From: Candidatus Omnitrophota bacterium
Lineage (GTDB): Bacteria; Omnitrophota; Gorgyraeia; Zapsychrales; JANLHA01
DNA: 64,000 bases
Direction: 5' to 3'
NCBI GenBank assembly: GCA_963662715.1
Contig: OY759724.1
Location: 1,626,662 to 1,690,661, forward strand
How positions within the stretch are numbered: position 1 is the first letter of the stretch; every line of letters begins with the position of its first letter. The notes under the pieces were generated by a model. It was given only the letters and a program-made list of their open reading frames with translations, ran no database searches and was not told the DNA's origin. The translations under genes and the position numbers were made by a program. Below are positions 44,198-52,860 of this stretch, piece by piece.

Positions 44198-45349
44198 ATG
44201 AAAAAAGATTATTATGAAATTTTAGGCGTACCCAAAGACGCGAGTGCGCAGCAGATCAAAAAGGCTTACCGGTCTTTAGCATTGCGCAACCATCCGGACC
44301 GTGTCCCTGATGAAAAAAAGAAAGAGGCGGAAGAAAAGTTTAAAGAGATTTCCGAGGCATACGGCGTTTTGTCTGATGCCCAAAAGCGTCAGATGTACGA
44401 TCAGTTCGGTCATGCGGGTATTGATCAAAGATACACCACGGAAGATATTTTCCGGGGGGCGGACTTCAGCAGTATTTTCGGGGAAGCCGGTCTGGGAGAT
44501 ATCTTCAGCCAGTTTTTCGGGGAATCTCTTTTCGGGGACATTTTTGGCGGGGCGGCAGCCGGGGGACGCCGGGCCCGGGCCCGCCGGGGAAGGGATATCC
44601 AGTATGAACTGGTTGTTGCTTTGGAGGAAGCCTTTTCCGGTGCGCATAAGAAGATTAAAGTTCCCCGGGACGAGTTATGCACTCATTGCGGAGGCAGCGG
44701 AGCCCAGCCCGGGACACAGCCCAAGACTTGTCCGACCTGCCAGGGCCAAGGGCAGGTTTTTATGACCAGCGGGTTTTTCCGTATGGCCCAGACTTGTTCG
44801 ACCTGCCGCGGACAGGGAAAGGTTATTGAACATCCCTGCCCGAAGTGTCAGGGCCGAACCATGGTTCGGGTCACGCGGAATATTGATGTCAATATCCCGG
44901 CCGGTGTTGATAATGATACGCGTTTGAGAATCCGGGGGGAGGGGGAAATCGGCAGTGCCGGTGCGGGGGACCTGTATCTGTATATCGCCGTTAGGCCCCA
45001 CAAGTCGTTCGAACGTAAGGGAAAGGATATTTATTGCCAGTTGCCGGTCAGTTTTGTCGTTGCCGCCCTGGGCGGGGAAGAACCAGTCCCGACCTTAAAC
45101 GGCCAGGTGACGATGAAGGTGCCCTCCGGGACTCAGAGCGGAAAAGTTTTTCGCTTGCGGGGCAAAGGCATGCCGGATCTGCACGGCGGATCCCCGGGAG
45201 ACCAGTTTGTGAGCGTGATGCTTCAGGTTCCCACGCGATTAACGTCTGAACAGCGAAGGCTTTTAGAAGAATATGCCAAAGTCAGCGGTCAGGATATCTC
45301 TAAAGGCGCTGATTCCATAAAGGATAAGATTAAAAGCGTTTTTAAATGA
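44198..45349 (+). CDS. dnaJ: Chaperone DnaJ
   Basis: J-domain '[13 protein letters not shown]...[12 protein letters not shown]'. G/F region. Four CxxCxGxG zinc-finger repeats. Confidence 0.95.
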   Translation: MKKDYYEILGVPKDASAQQIKKAYRSLALRNHPDRVPDEKKKEAEEKFKEISEAYGVLSDAQKRQMYDQFGHAGIDQRYTTEDIFRGADFSSIFGEAGLGDIFSQFFGESLFGDIFGGAAAGGRRARARRGRDIQYELVVALEEAFSGAHKKIKVPRDELCTHCGGSGAQPGTQPKTCPTCQGQGQVFMTSGFFRMAQTCSTCRGQGKVIEHPCPKCQGRTMVRVTRNIDVNIPAGVDNDTRLRIRGEGEIGSAGAGDLYLYIAVRPHKSFERKGKDIYCQLPVSFVVAALGGEEPVPTLNGQVTMKVPSGTQSGKVFRLRGKGMPDLHGGSPGDQFVSVMLQVPTRLTSEQRRLLEEYAKVSGQDISKGADSIKDKIKSVFK

Positions 45350-45439
45350 AGCCTTAAAGCCTCCTTGCCCGGGAAGGCGGATATTAAGGGGTTTCTTCAG
45401 AAATTTTAGAAAATATATCAGGGAAGAGGTGAGAACAAA

Positions 45440-45724
45440 ATGCCGACATATCAGTATGAGTGTGAATCTTGTGGTTATCATATGGAGAAGATGCAGTCTA
45501 TCAAGGATGAAAAAATAACCCAGTGTCCTAATTGCCATCAAGAGACTCTCCATCGTCTCATCGGAACCGGAAGCGGGATCATTTTCAAAGGCAACGGTTT
45601 CTTTGAGACCGATTATAAAAGAAAGCCTGCCAAGGCAAATGCGCCGCAAAGCTGTCCTGTGGCTGAAGGCAAGACAAATTCCTGTCCGTGCCCCTGCGAC
45701 GGATCTTCGAAATCTGACGGATAA
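45440..45724 (+). CDS. FmdB-family zinc-ribbon protein
   Basis: 'YECESCGYHMEKMQS...CPNCHQETLHRLI' is a CxxC...CxxC ribbon with a Ser-rich tail, like TIGR02605. Confidence 0.75.
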   Translation: MPTYQYECESCGYHMEKMQSIKDEKITQCPNCHQETLHRLIGTGSGIIFKGNGFFETDYKRKPAKANAPQSCPVAEGKTNSCPCPCDGSSKSDG

Positions 45725-45790
45725 ATGGGGGGATTTTAAGGCAGAAACAGGTTCCCCTTATATGATTTTTGCCGATCATGCTTTCTGTAT

Positions 45791-45824
45791 GCCCGGGCCG
45801 GCATCGGCTGTAAGGGCTTTTTTT
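45791..45824 (+). terminator. Hairpin GCCCGGGCCGgcatCGGCTGTAAGGGC followed by T7
   Basis: Imperfect ~9-bp stem, then 'TTTTTTT' (45818-24). It lies downstream of the FmdB gene. Confidence 0.5.
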
Positions 45825-46065
45825 ATAAATTTTTATTAGTATTATTTGTAGGCAGGGAAACGTAATCCTTAACGGTTGGCCTTTGCCCTGAGACGCTTTG
45901 TCAATACTGGGGGAGTTTTGATAAATTTCAGAGAAATCAATTCCCAGATTGACTTAATTTTGCTATCATGGCATATTGATCTGATAATATTCCCGTATCC
46001 CTGATTGGTGAAAAAGGCAGGAAGATCGAGTCTTTTATTCTATATATGCGGAGGTCCGGAAAAAA

Positions 46066-47331
46066 ATGAGTGAAATAAAACCGTTTAAGGCTGTTTATTA
46101 TAACAAGGAAAAGCTGGGTAACCTAAACAAGGTCGTTTGTCCTCCTTATGACGTGATTACGAAGGAGCAGCAGACGGATTACTATAATCAAAGCGAATAT
46201 AATTTTGTCCGCATTATGCTCGGCAAAGAGTACCCGGATGACGACAGAACGCATAATAAGTATTCCCGGGCGAAGGATCTTTACCAGCAATGGCAAAAGG
46301 ACGGGATCTTTATCGAGGATGACCAGCCGAGTATATATTATTATAAACAGGATTATAAAGTCATGGGAGAGAAACACAGCCGTTTGGGTTTTATTTCTCT
46401 TATGAAGATTCATGATGATCAGGCTGCCAAGATTTTCCCCCACGAAAATACGCACCTTCATGCGAAAGAGGACCGGTTAAAACTTTGGAAGACTTTGTCG
46501 GCAAACCTCAGCCCCATTTTTGTCTGCTTTTCCGATAAAACAAAACGCGTCCAGAAAACTTTTCAGGAACATGTCATTCAAACGGAGCCGATCATTCTGG
46601 TCAAGGACGATGACGGCGTACAGCATACTGTCTGGCGTCTCAGCGACCCGGCCCTTATTCAAAAGATCATTGAGTCTTTGTCCGATCAGCAATTGTTTAT
46701 CGCGGACGGGCATCACCGTTACGAAGTCGCAAGAGAACTGCGCCGTATTTTAAAGGAAAAAAGTTCTCATTATTCCGGGGAAGAATCTTTTAATTATCTG
46801 ATGACCTATTTCACTGATATTAATTCCCGTGATTTGAAGATTTTCCCTATGCACAGGATTGTCAAAAAGATTTCTTTAGAAGCGGAATTGCTGGAAGAGT
46901 TGTTCAGAATTGATAAATTCAAATCAAAAGAAGACCTGGTCCTTCGCCTGGCGAAGGCAGGGAAGAATGAACACGCTTTTGGTCTGTATACGGCAGATGG
47001 CGTCAGATTGCTGCGCTTAAAGAATAAAGCCCTGATTGATAAATATGTCCAGGAAGGATCGGATGAATTCAGGCGTTTGGATGCGACGATATTAAAATAT
47101 TTTGTCTTTGACCGTGTCGGAGTGGCCTCGGAAGATATTACCTATACGAATGATTTGGCGCGCGCAACCCGGGACGTTGATCTTGGGTTGGCGGAAGCCT
47201 GTTTTATTATGAATCCGGTGAAGATCCAGCAGCTCAAGGCCATTGCTCTCAAAGGAGAGCGGATGCCCCCCAAAACAACATATTTTTATCCCAAAGTATT
47301 GTCCGGTCTAACCATTCATCAAATAAATTAA
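46066..47331 (+). CDS. DUF1015 family protein
   Basis: 'IKPFKAVYYNKEKLGNLNKVVCPPYDVIT' is the DUF1015 N-terminal signature. Confidence 0.75.
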   Translation: MSEIKPFKAVYYNKEKLGNLNKVVCPPYDVITKEQQTDYYNQSEYNFVRIMLGKEYPDDDRTHNKYSRAKDLYQQWQKDGIFIEDDQPSIYYYKQDYKVMGEKHSRLGFISLMKIHDDQAAKIFPHENTHLHAKEDRLKLWKTLSANLSPIFVCFSDKTKRVQKTFQEHVIQTEPIILVKDDDGVQHTVWRLSDPALIQKIIESLSDQQLFIADGHHRYEVARELRRILKEKSSHYSGEESFNYLMTYFTDINSRDLKIFPMHRIVKKISLEAELLEELFRIDKFKSKEDLVLRLAKAGKNEHAFGLYTADGVRLLRLKNKALIDKYVQEGSDEFRRLDATILKYFVFDRVGVASEDITYTNDLARATRDVDLGLAEACFIMNPVKIQQLKAIALKGERMPPKTTYFYPKVLSGLTIHQIN

Positions 47332-47340
47332 GCATAAAGG

Positions 47341-48204
47341 ATGTCAGCCCTTACGATGTCGTTATTTGGCAAGAAAAAATATACGTTAATTAGTGTTAAG
47401 AAAAAGAACATCCCGGAGGGTATCTGGTCAAAATGCCCGGAATGCCAGTCTCCGACCTATGTCAAAGCCTTAAATGACAACTTGAATGTTTGTCCGAAAT
47501 GCGAACACCATTTTCCGCTGACGGCCCAGGAGCGGATAGATTTATTGATTGATAAAGACACTTTTGAAGAGTTTGATGCCGGGTTGCTGTCAAAAGACCC
47601 GTTGGAATTTAAGGGGCCTAAAACATATGTTGAAAAATTGACGAGCGACCAGAAAAGGACCGGTTTGCTGGATGCCGTCATCACCGGGAAAGGAAAGCTT
47701 TGCAGCCGCCCGGTTGCTTTTGCCGTGACCGATTCCCGTTTTATCATGGGGTCGATGGGGTCGGTGGTCGGAGAAAGGATAACGCGGTGCATCGAGTATG
47801 CGACCCGGGAAAGATTGCCGGTCGTGATTGTGTCCGGATCCGGCGGCGGCGCCAGGATGTACGAGGGTTTGTTTTCTCTTATGCAAATGGCTAAAACATG
47901 CGCGGCGCTGGCCAAGCATCATGAAGCCGGCTTGTTGCATGTGTCGGTCTTGACGAACCCGACCATGGCGGGGATTATGGCCTCTTTCGCCGGAATCGGT
48001 GATGTCATTATGGCCGAACCCAAAGCCCTGATAGGTTTTACCGGCCCGAGGGTCATTGAGCAGACCATTCGGCAGAAGTTGCCGGAAGGTTTTCAGCGTT
48101 CGGAATTCTTGTTGGAACATGGGCTGATTGATATGATTACGCAGCGAAAAGACATGAAACAAACTTTAAATCATCTGATGGAATACAGTCAGCAGGATTC
48201 CTAA
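47341..48204 (+). CDS. accD: Acetyl-CoA carboxylase carboxyltransferase subunit beta (AccD)
   Basis: Zinc ribbon 'CPECQSPTYVKALNDNLNVCPKCEHHF' plus carboxyltransferase 'GSMGSVVGE'. Confidence 0.9.
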   Translation: MSALTMSLFGKKKYTLISVKKKNIPEGIWSKCPECQSPTYVKALNDNLNVCPKCEHHFPLTAQERIDLLIDKDTFEEFDAGLLSKDPLEFKGPKTYVEKLTSDQKRTGLLDAVITGKGKLCSRPVAFAVTDSRFIMGSMGSVVGERITRCIEYATRERLPVVIVSGSGGGARMYEGLFSLMQMAKTCAALAKHHEAGLLHVSVLTNPTMAGIMASFAGIGDVIMAEPKALIGFTGPRVIEQTIRQKLPEGFQRSEFLLEHGLIDMITQRKDMKQTLNHLMEYSQQDS

Positions 48205-48285
48205 GTGCTTTTAAATAAGAAGTTTGCGGAAATGCGAATTCCTTATTAGAATTTAGGGGATATTTTTTTACAAGAGGGTTGAATT

Positions 48286-49389
48286 CTGGCGCAAATCAGC
48301 ATTAAAAATGTCAGTAAGATATATAAAGGCGGAGTCCGCGCCGTAGATAATGTGTCTCTTGGGGTGGAAAACAAAGAGTTCCTCGTTCTGGTCGGACCAT
48401 CCGGCTGCGGGAAATCAACGACACTTCGCATGATCGCCGGTTTGGAAGAGATATCCGAAGGGAATATCTGGATCGGAGACCGGGTTGTCAATGATGTCCC
48501 GGCCAAGGACCGCAACATTGCGATGGTCTTTCAGAATTACGCTCTTTATCCGCATATGACGGTATTCGAGAATATGGCGTTCGGCCTGAGGTTGCGGAAA
48601 TATCCTAAGGCCGAAATTTCCCGCCGTGTTCATGAAGCGGCGGAAATCTTGGGTATCAAAAATTACCTGGACCGTAAGCCGCGGCAGTTGTCTGGCGGGG
48701 AAAGGCAGCGCGTCGCATTGGGACGCGCTATTGTCCGCAAGCCGGAAGTCTTTTTGTTCGATGAGCCTTTGAGCAACCTGGACGCCAAGATGAGAGTCCT
48801 CATGCGAACGGAAATTCATAAGCTGCGTATGCGTTTGCAGACGACATTTGTTTATGTGACGCATGACCAGACGGAAGCTATGACGTTGGGTGACCGTATT
48901 GCCGTTATGCGCGGCGGAAAGATTCAGCAGTGCGATGATCCGATAACCATTTATGACCGGCCGGCGAACAAATTCGTCGCAAGTTTTATCGGTTCCCCTC
49001 CCATTAATCTTATGGAAGGGCGGATTATCAAAAATGACCGGAAGTATTATTTTGATGAGGGAAAAATCCGGGTTAAAATTGTCGAGGAAATGTTTAAGCC
49101 CATAGCTCCTTATCAGGGGAAAGATGTCATTCTCGGAATACGGGCGGAAGATATTTATGATAAACTTTTTGTTTCCGAGGCTTCTCCGGAAAACACGATT
49201 AAAGCCACGTGTGAAGTTGTAGAGCCTATGGGGTCCGAGGTTTATTTATACCTCAATACCGGGAAGAACACTTTCCTGGCCCGGGTGGGAGCTCATGACC
49301 GGCCGGAAGTCAATCGTGACATGGACCTTGTTTTTGATATGAGTAAGGTGCACTTTTTTGATAAGGAAACTGAAGAGACAATTATTTAA
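48286..49389 (+). CDS. ABC transporter ATP-binding protein, MalK/UgpC/MsmX-like (orphan; no permease adjacent)
   Basis: Walker A 'GPSGCGKSTTLRMIAGLE', 'LSGGERQRVALGRA', 'FLFDEPLSNLD', and a MalK-type C-terminal regulatory domain. The in-frame region upstream of ATG 48352 (IKNVSKIYKGGVRAVDNVSL) is conserved ABC sequence with no ATG/GTG/TTG. A CTG at 48286 follows RBS GAGGG. Confidence 0.85.
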   Translation: MAQISIKNVSKIYKGGVRAVDNVSLGVENKEFLVLVGPSGCGKSTTLRMIAGLEEISEGNIWIGDRVVNDVPAKDRNIAMVFQNYALYPHMTVFENMAFGLRLRKYPKAEISRRVHEAAEILGIKNYLDRKPRQLSGGERQRVALGRAIVRKPEVFLFDEPLSNLDAKMRVLMRTEIHKLRMRLQTTFVYVTHDQTEAMTLGDRIAVMRGGKIQQCDDPITIYDRPANKFVASFIGSPPINLMEGRIIKNDRKYYFDEGKIRVKIVEEMFKPIAPYQGKDVILGIRAEDIYDKLFVSEASPENTIKATCEVVEPMGSEVYLYLNTGKNTFLARVGAHDRPEVNRDMDLVFDMSKVHFFDKETEETII

Positions 49390-50653
49390 TCAAAGGCTTT
49401 CTTCTCTCGTCTTCCTCTCTCTATTGCTTGTAGGTTTTTTTCTCTATTCCTACCTATTTAATTCTATCTATTTTTATCTCATTGCCTCTGGAATACTGCT
49501 GAGCTTGTGTTACCTTGTTTATATTCATATTGATATCACCAGGCAAAAGGCTGCTTTGGAACTGGAAAAGCAGGATTTGACGGAAAAGTCTAATATTATT
49601 GAAGTCGAAATGAACCAGGAATGGAAAAGCATCGAATCTTACTGCAAAAAGATCCTGAATTATTCCCAGTTAAAAGGCCTGACAGAAAAGTTGTGCACAA
49701 GTTTTACCCTGCAGGACACGTCCGCTGTCCTTTCTGCCGAAGTGAATAAATTTTTTGGCGATAAAGAAGTCACAGTTATTTTGTATTTGTTTCATTCCCG
49801 GACAGGCGAACTGGGGTTGTCTTCCTCCCAGAAGGGGGAAATGCGTATTAATATTGAAGCGAAAAACGGGGATATTTATGATCAATGGGTCGTTAAAACG
49901 ATGAAACCCCTGCTCATTGAGGACAGCCGGACGGATTTCCGGTTTGACGTTGAGAAACTGGAACATGCACGCTCTAAAGCTGTCCGGTCTCTTATGAGCG
50001 TCCCGATTGCCTTAGACTCAAAAGCCATTGGTATTCTGAGAGTTGACAGTTCAAAGGAAGGGTATTTCTCCACGGAGGATATCCGTTTGTTGAATACCAT
50101 TGCCGACCTGGGGGCCATGGCTATTGAAAATGCCCAATTGTATGAGCGCGTAGAGGATCTTGCTGTGCGGGACAGCCTGACCGGCTTGTTTTTAAGGAGA
50201 CATTTTTTGGAGCGCGTTACCATGGAAATGGCCCATCATCTCAAATACAACAAGCCTCTTTCTTTTCTTATGATTGATCTGGATGAGTTCAAGCAATACA
50301 ATGACCGTTACGGACATCCTGCGGGAGACATTGTGCTGAAAACCATAGGGACTCTTTTGCAAAAGATATTCGATGACCCGCTGCATTGTATCTGCCGGTA
50401 CGGGGGGGAGGAGTTCGCGGTTCTTCTCCCGGAATGTCCCAAGGCCAAGGCTTTAAGTTTTGCAGAGCAATTGCGTCAAAATATTGAGAAGCAGTCCATT
50501 GTTCTTCGCCGGGAGAAAACATTCGTTACCGTTTCTATCGGTGTCGCGACATTTCCGCAGGATGCTCAACTCAAAGAGGAACTGGTGGGCAAGGCGGATT
50601 TCGCCATGTATAAAGCAAAGGAAAGCGGGCGGAATCAGGTGTGCAGTGCATAA
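49358..50653 (+). CDS. Membrane-anchored GAF-GGDEF diguanylate cyclase
   Basis: N-terminal TM helices, a GAF-like region, then 'RYGGEEFAVLLP' (GGEEF active site) with the upstream 'DxLTG' context 'RDSLTGLFLRRHF'. Confidence 0.85.
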   Translation: MIRKLKRQLFNQRLSSLVFLSLLLVGFFLYSYLFNSIYFYLIASGILLSLCYLVYIHIDITRQKAALELEKQDLTEKSNIIEVEMNQEWKSIESYCKKILNYSQLKGLTEKLCTSFTLQDTSAVLSAEVNKFFGDKEVTVILYLFHSRTGELGLSSSQKGEMRINIEAKNGDIYDQWVVKTMKPLLIEDSRTDFRFDVEKLEHARSKAVRSLMSVPIALDSKAIGILRVDSSKEGYFSTEDIRLLNTIADLGAMAIENAQLYERVEDLAVRDSLTGLFLRRHFLERVTMEMAHHLKYNKPLSFLMIDLDEFKQYNDRYGHPAGDIVLKTIGTLLQKIFDDPLHCICRYGGEEFAVLLPECPKAKALSFAEQLRQNIEKQSIVLRREKTFVTVSIGVATFPQDAQLKEELVGKADFAMYKAKESGRNQVCSA

Positions 50654-50683
50654 GACAGAAGCATACTATCAAGGGCGTGTTTT

Positions 50684-51724
50684 GTGATGGAATTTACCAA
50701 TATTGAACTTCTGGCCGGAGGCGGTTATTTTTCCTGTGTTTTGTGGATTTTGAATTCTATTCACAGGTCTTATATCCGGCAGTATGCCCGGGAAGCGAAG
50801 GATGCCAAGAGGTTGTTCCGGTCTTTGCAGCAGAAGAAAATAGAAATCGATGAGGAAAAAGTGAATTTTGCGGAGGAGGCACAGGAAATATTCACGTTAT
50901 ACGACATGACGAAAGAAATCACGAAAAATTTCAGCGAAGAGGATTCTGTGCGTATTTTTAAAAGCAAATTGTCCGAGAGTGTTTATTGTGAGGACTGCCA
51001 GTTTATCCTCCCGGATACGGAGGAGGTAGAAGTATATGCTCATAAAAAAGGCTTTTCTGTGGTTCCGCTTATAGCCCAGAAACAAATATTAGGTTATTTG
51101 ATCATTAAAGGGTGTTCTCCGGAAGACCTGGAAAAAGTCTCTATCTTGGCCCATCAGCTGGCCTTGGTGCTCCGCAGGGACCGTTTATATAAACAGGTTG
51201 AATCTTTAGCCATAACTGATAGCTTGACGGGAGTTTACACTCGAAGATATATTATGGAACGTTTTAAGGATGAACTGGCCCGCGCCCGGACACAAAATAT
51301 CCCGATATCATTTCTTATGGTAGACGTGGATTATTTTAAGCATTTTAACGATCAGTACGGTCATTTAACGGGAGACCAGATATTAAGAAAAGTTGCGCAT
51401 CTCATACGGGAAAATATCCGGGAAATTGATATTATCGGTCGCTATGGGGGAGAAGAATTTTCTGTTGTTTTGCCTGATGCTGACGGCAGCGGAGCCCAAT
51501 ATGTGGCAGAACGTATGCGGTTGGCGGTTGCAAAATCGGTCGTAAAAGCATATGATACAAAGGTTCGATTAACAATAAGTATCGGGATATCATGCTTTCC
51601 TGCGGACGGAAAGCATCTGGCGGAGCTGATTGACAAGGCTGACTGGGCCTTGTATCGTGCCAAAAAGATGGGCCGAAATAAAGTGTGTGTCTTTGGCATT
51701 TATGATGAGGATGAAAAACATTGA
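50684..51724 (+). CDS. GAF-GGDEF diguanylate cyclase (second copy)
   Basis: 'ITDSLTGVYTRRYI' and 'RYGGEEFSVVLPD'. Confidence 0.85.
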   Translation: MMEFTNIELLAGGGYFSCVLWILNSIHRSYIRQYAREAKDAKRLFRSLQQKKIEIDEEKVNFAEEAQEIFTLYDMTKEITKNFSEEDSVRIFKSKLSESVYCEDCQFILPDTEEVEVYAHKKGFSVVPLIAQKQILGYLIIKGCSPEDLEKVSILAHQLALVLRRDRLYKQVESLAITDSLTGVYTRRYIMERFKDELARARTQNIPISFLMVDVDYFKHFNDQYGHLTGDQILRKVAHLIRENIREIDIIGRYGGEEFSVVLPDADGSGAQYVAERMRLAVAKSVVKAYDTKVRLTISIGISCFPADGKHLAELIDKADWALYRAKKMGRNKVCVFGIYDEDEKH

Positions 51725-51912
51725 GATGTTGAGGAGCCGGAGCACAGCAGTATTCTGTCCTTCCTCTTTAAGTATGTCTTTTTAAAAGGTTTGAATAATA
51801 TAGCAGAGTGATCCCCTGATCATATCTCACAGAGTTCCCTGCTTTTTCGTCTTGAATCCCCGGGGAAATTCAGGTAGAATGAAGGCAATTTTTATTAAAT
51901 AAATATACTATT

Positions 51913-52860
51913 ATGAATAAGATTACTATTGGGATTGATGTCGGTGGGACCAACACGAAATGCGGTCTGATTGACTTTAAAGGGCGCATCCTTGTCCGGA
52001 GCCGTTTTGAAACGAAAAAATATCTTTCTCAACGGAAGAAACTCGTTGATGCTATTGTAGAAGCCTCTTTAAGATTAATGGATCAATATCAAGGCCCCCT
52101 TAAAGACATTCAAGGTGTCGGTATCGGCCTCCCCGGCTTGATTGATACTCAGCAGGGCCTCGTTAAATTTCTTCCGAATATCCCTGGGTGGAAAAATGTT
52201 CCTTTGAAAAAGATACTGGAACAACGTTTGGGCCTCAGGACCGCTGTTGAGAATGATGTCAACCTCATTACGCTCGGAGAATGGAAATTTGGGGCCGGCC
52301 GGGGTTTTAAAAATATTATTTGCGTTACCTTGGGGACCGGTGTCGGAGGAGGTCTTATTCTGGATGACCGTCTTTACCGCGGAGAGGGGTTTGCCGCGGG
52401 GGAAGTCGGGCATATGCCCCTTTTCCGCAAGGGGGCTCGCTGTAATTGCGGGGGAACAGGATGCCTGGAAAGGTCGGTAGGCAATAAATATCTTTTGCAG
52501 CGTGCCGTAAAATTATTCAGAGACAACATGATAACTTTGGAAGATGTTTTTGCCCGTGCCTCCCGGGGAGATCCTCGGGCATTACGATTTTGGGAAGAAG
52601 TATCCGAACTCATCGGAGACGGGCTGATAGGTGTCGTTAACCTTCTGAACCCCAGACTTATTATTATCGGCGGCGGGGTTGCGAAAAGCCATCGCTTTAT
52701 GTTTCAGACGATAACGAAAGTTATTAAATCCAGAGCCATGATGGTTCAGGGGGCTATGTTTAAAATTAGAAAGGCAAGATTGGGGGATGATGCCGGTCTT
52801 GCGGGAGCGCGTGTTTTGGTTGACGAATTGAATCAAAACCGTTTGAACGAGATGTCATGA
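51913..52860 (+). CDS. ROK-family sugar kinase (glucokinase-like)
   Basis: 'IGIDVGGTNTKCGL' and the zinc motif 'CNCGGTGCLE'. Confidence 0.85.
   Translation: MNKITIGIDVGGTNTKCGLIDFKGRILVRSRFETKKYLSQRKKLVDAIVEASLRLMDQYQGPLKDIQGVGIGLPGLIDTQQGLVKFLPNIPGWKNVPLKKILEQRLGLRTAVENDVNLITLGEWKFGAGRGFKNIICVTLGTGVGGGLILDDRLYRGEGFAAGEVGHMPLFRKGARCNCGGTGCLERSVGNKYLLQRAVKLFRDNMITLEDVFARASRGDPRALRFWEEVSELIGDGLIGVVNLLNPRLIIIGGGVAKSHRFMFQTITKVIKSRAMMVQGAMFKIRKARLGDDAGLAGARVLVDELNQNRLNEMS

Noticed and set aside
44301-44765. 154-aa + strand ORF in an alternative frame of dnaJ (and 123/85/108-aa minus ORFs there)
   Set aside because: The dnaJ frame has the J-domain and four CxxCxGxG repeats. GC-rich Gly/Arg codons generate spurious open frames.
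45350-45439. Terminator after dnaJ (CCTTGCCCGGGAAGG)
   Set aside because: The stem is imperfect with no loop and is not followed by a T-tract.
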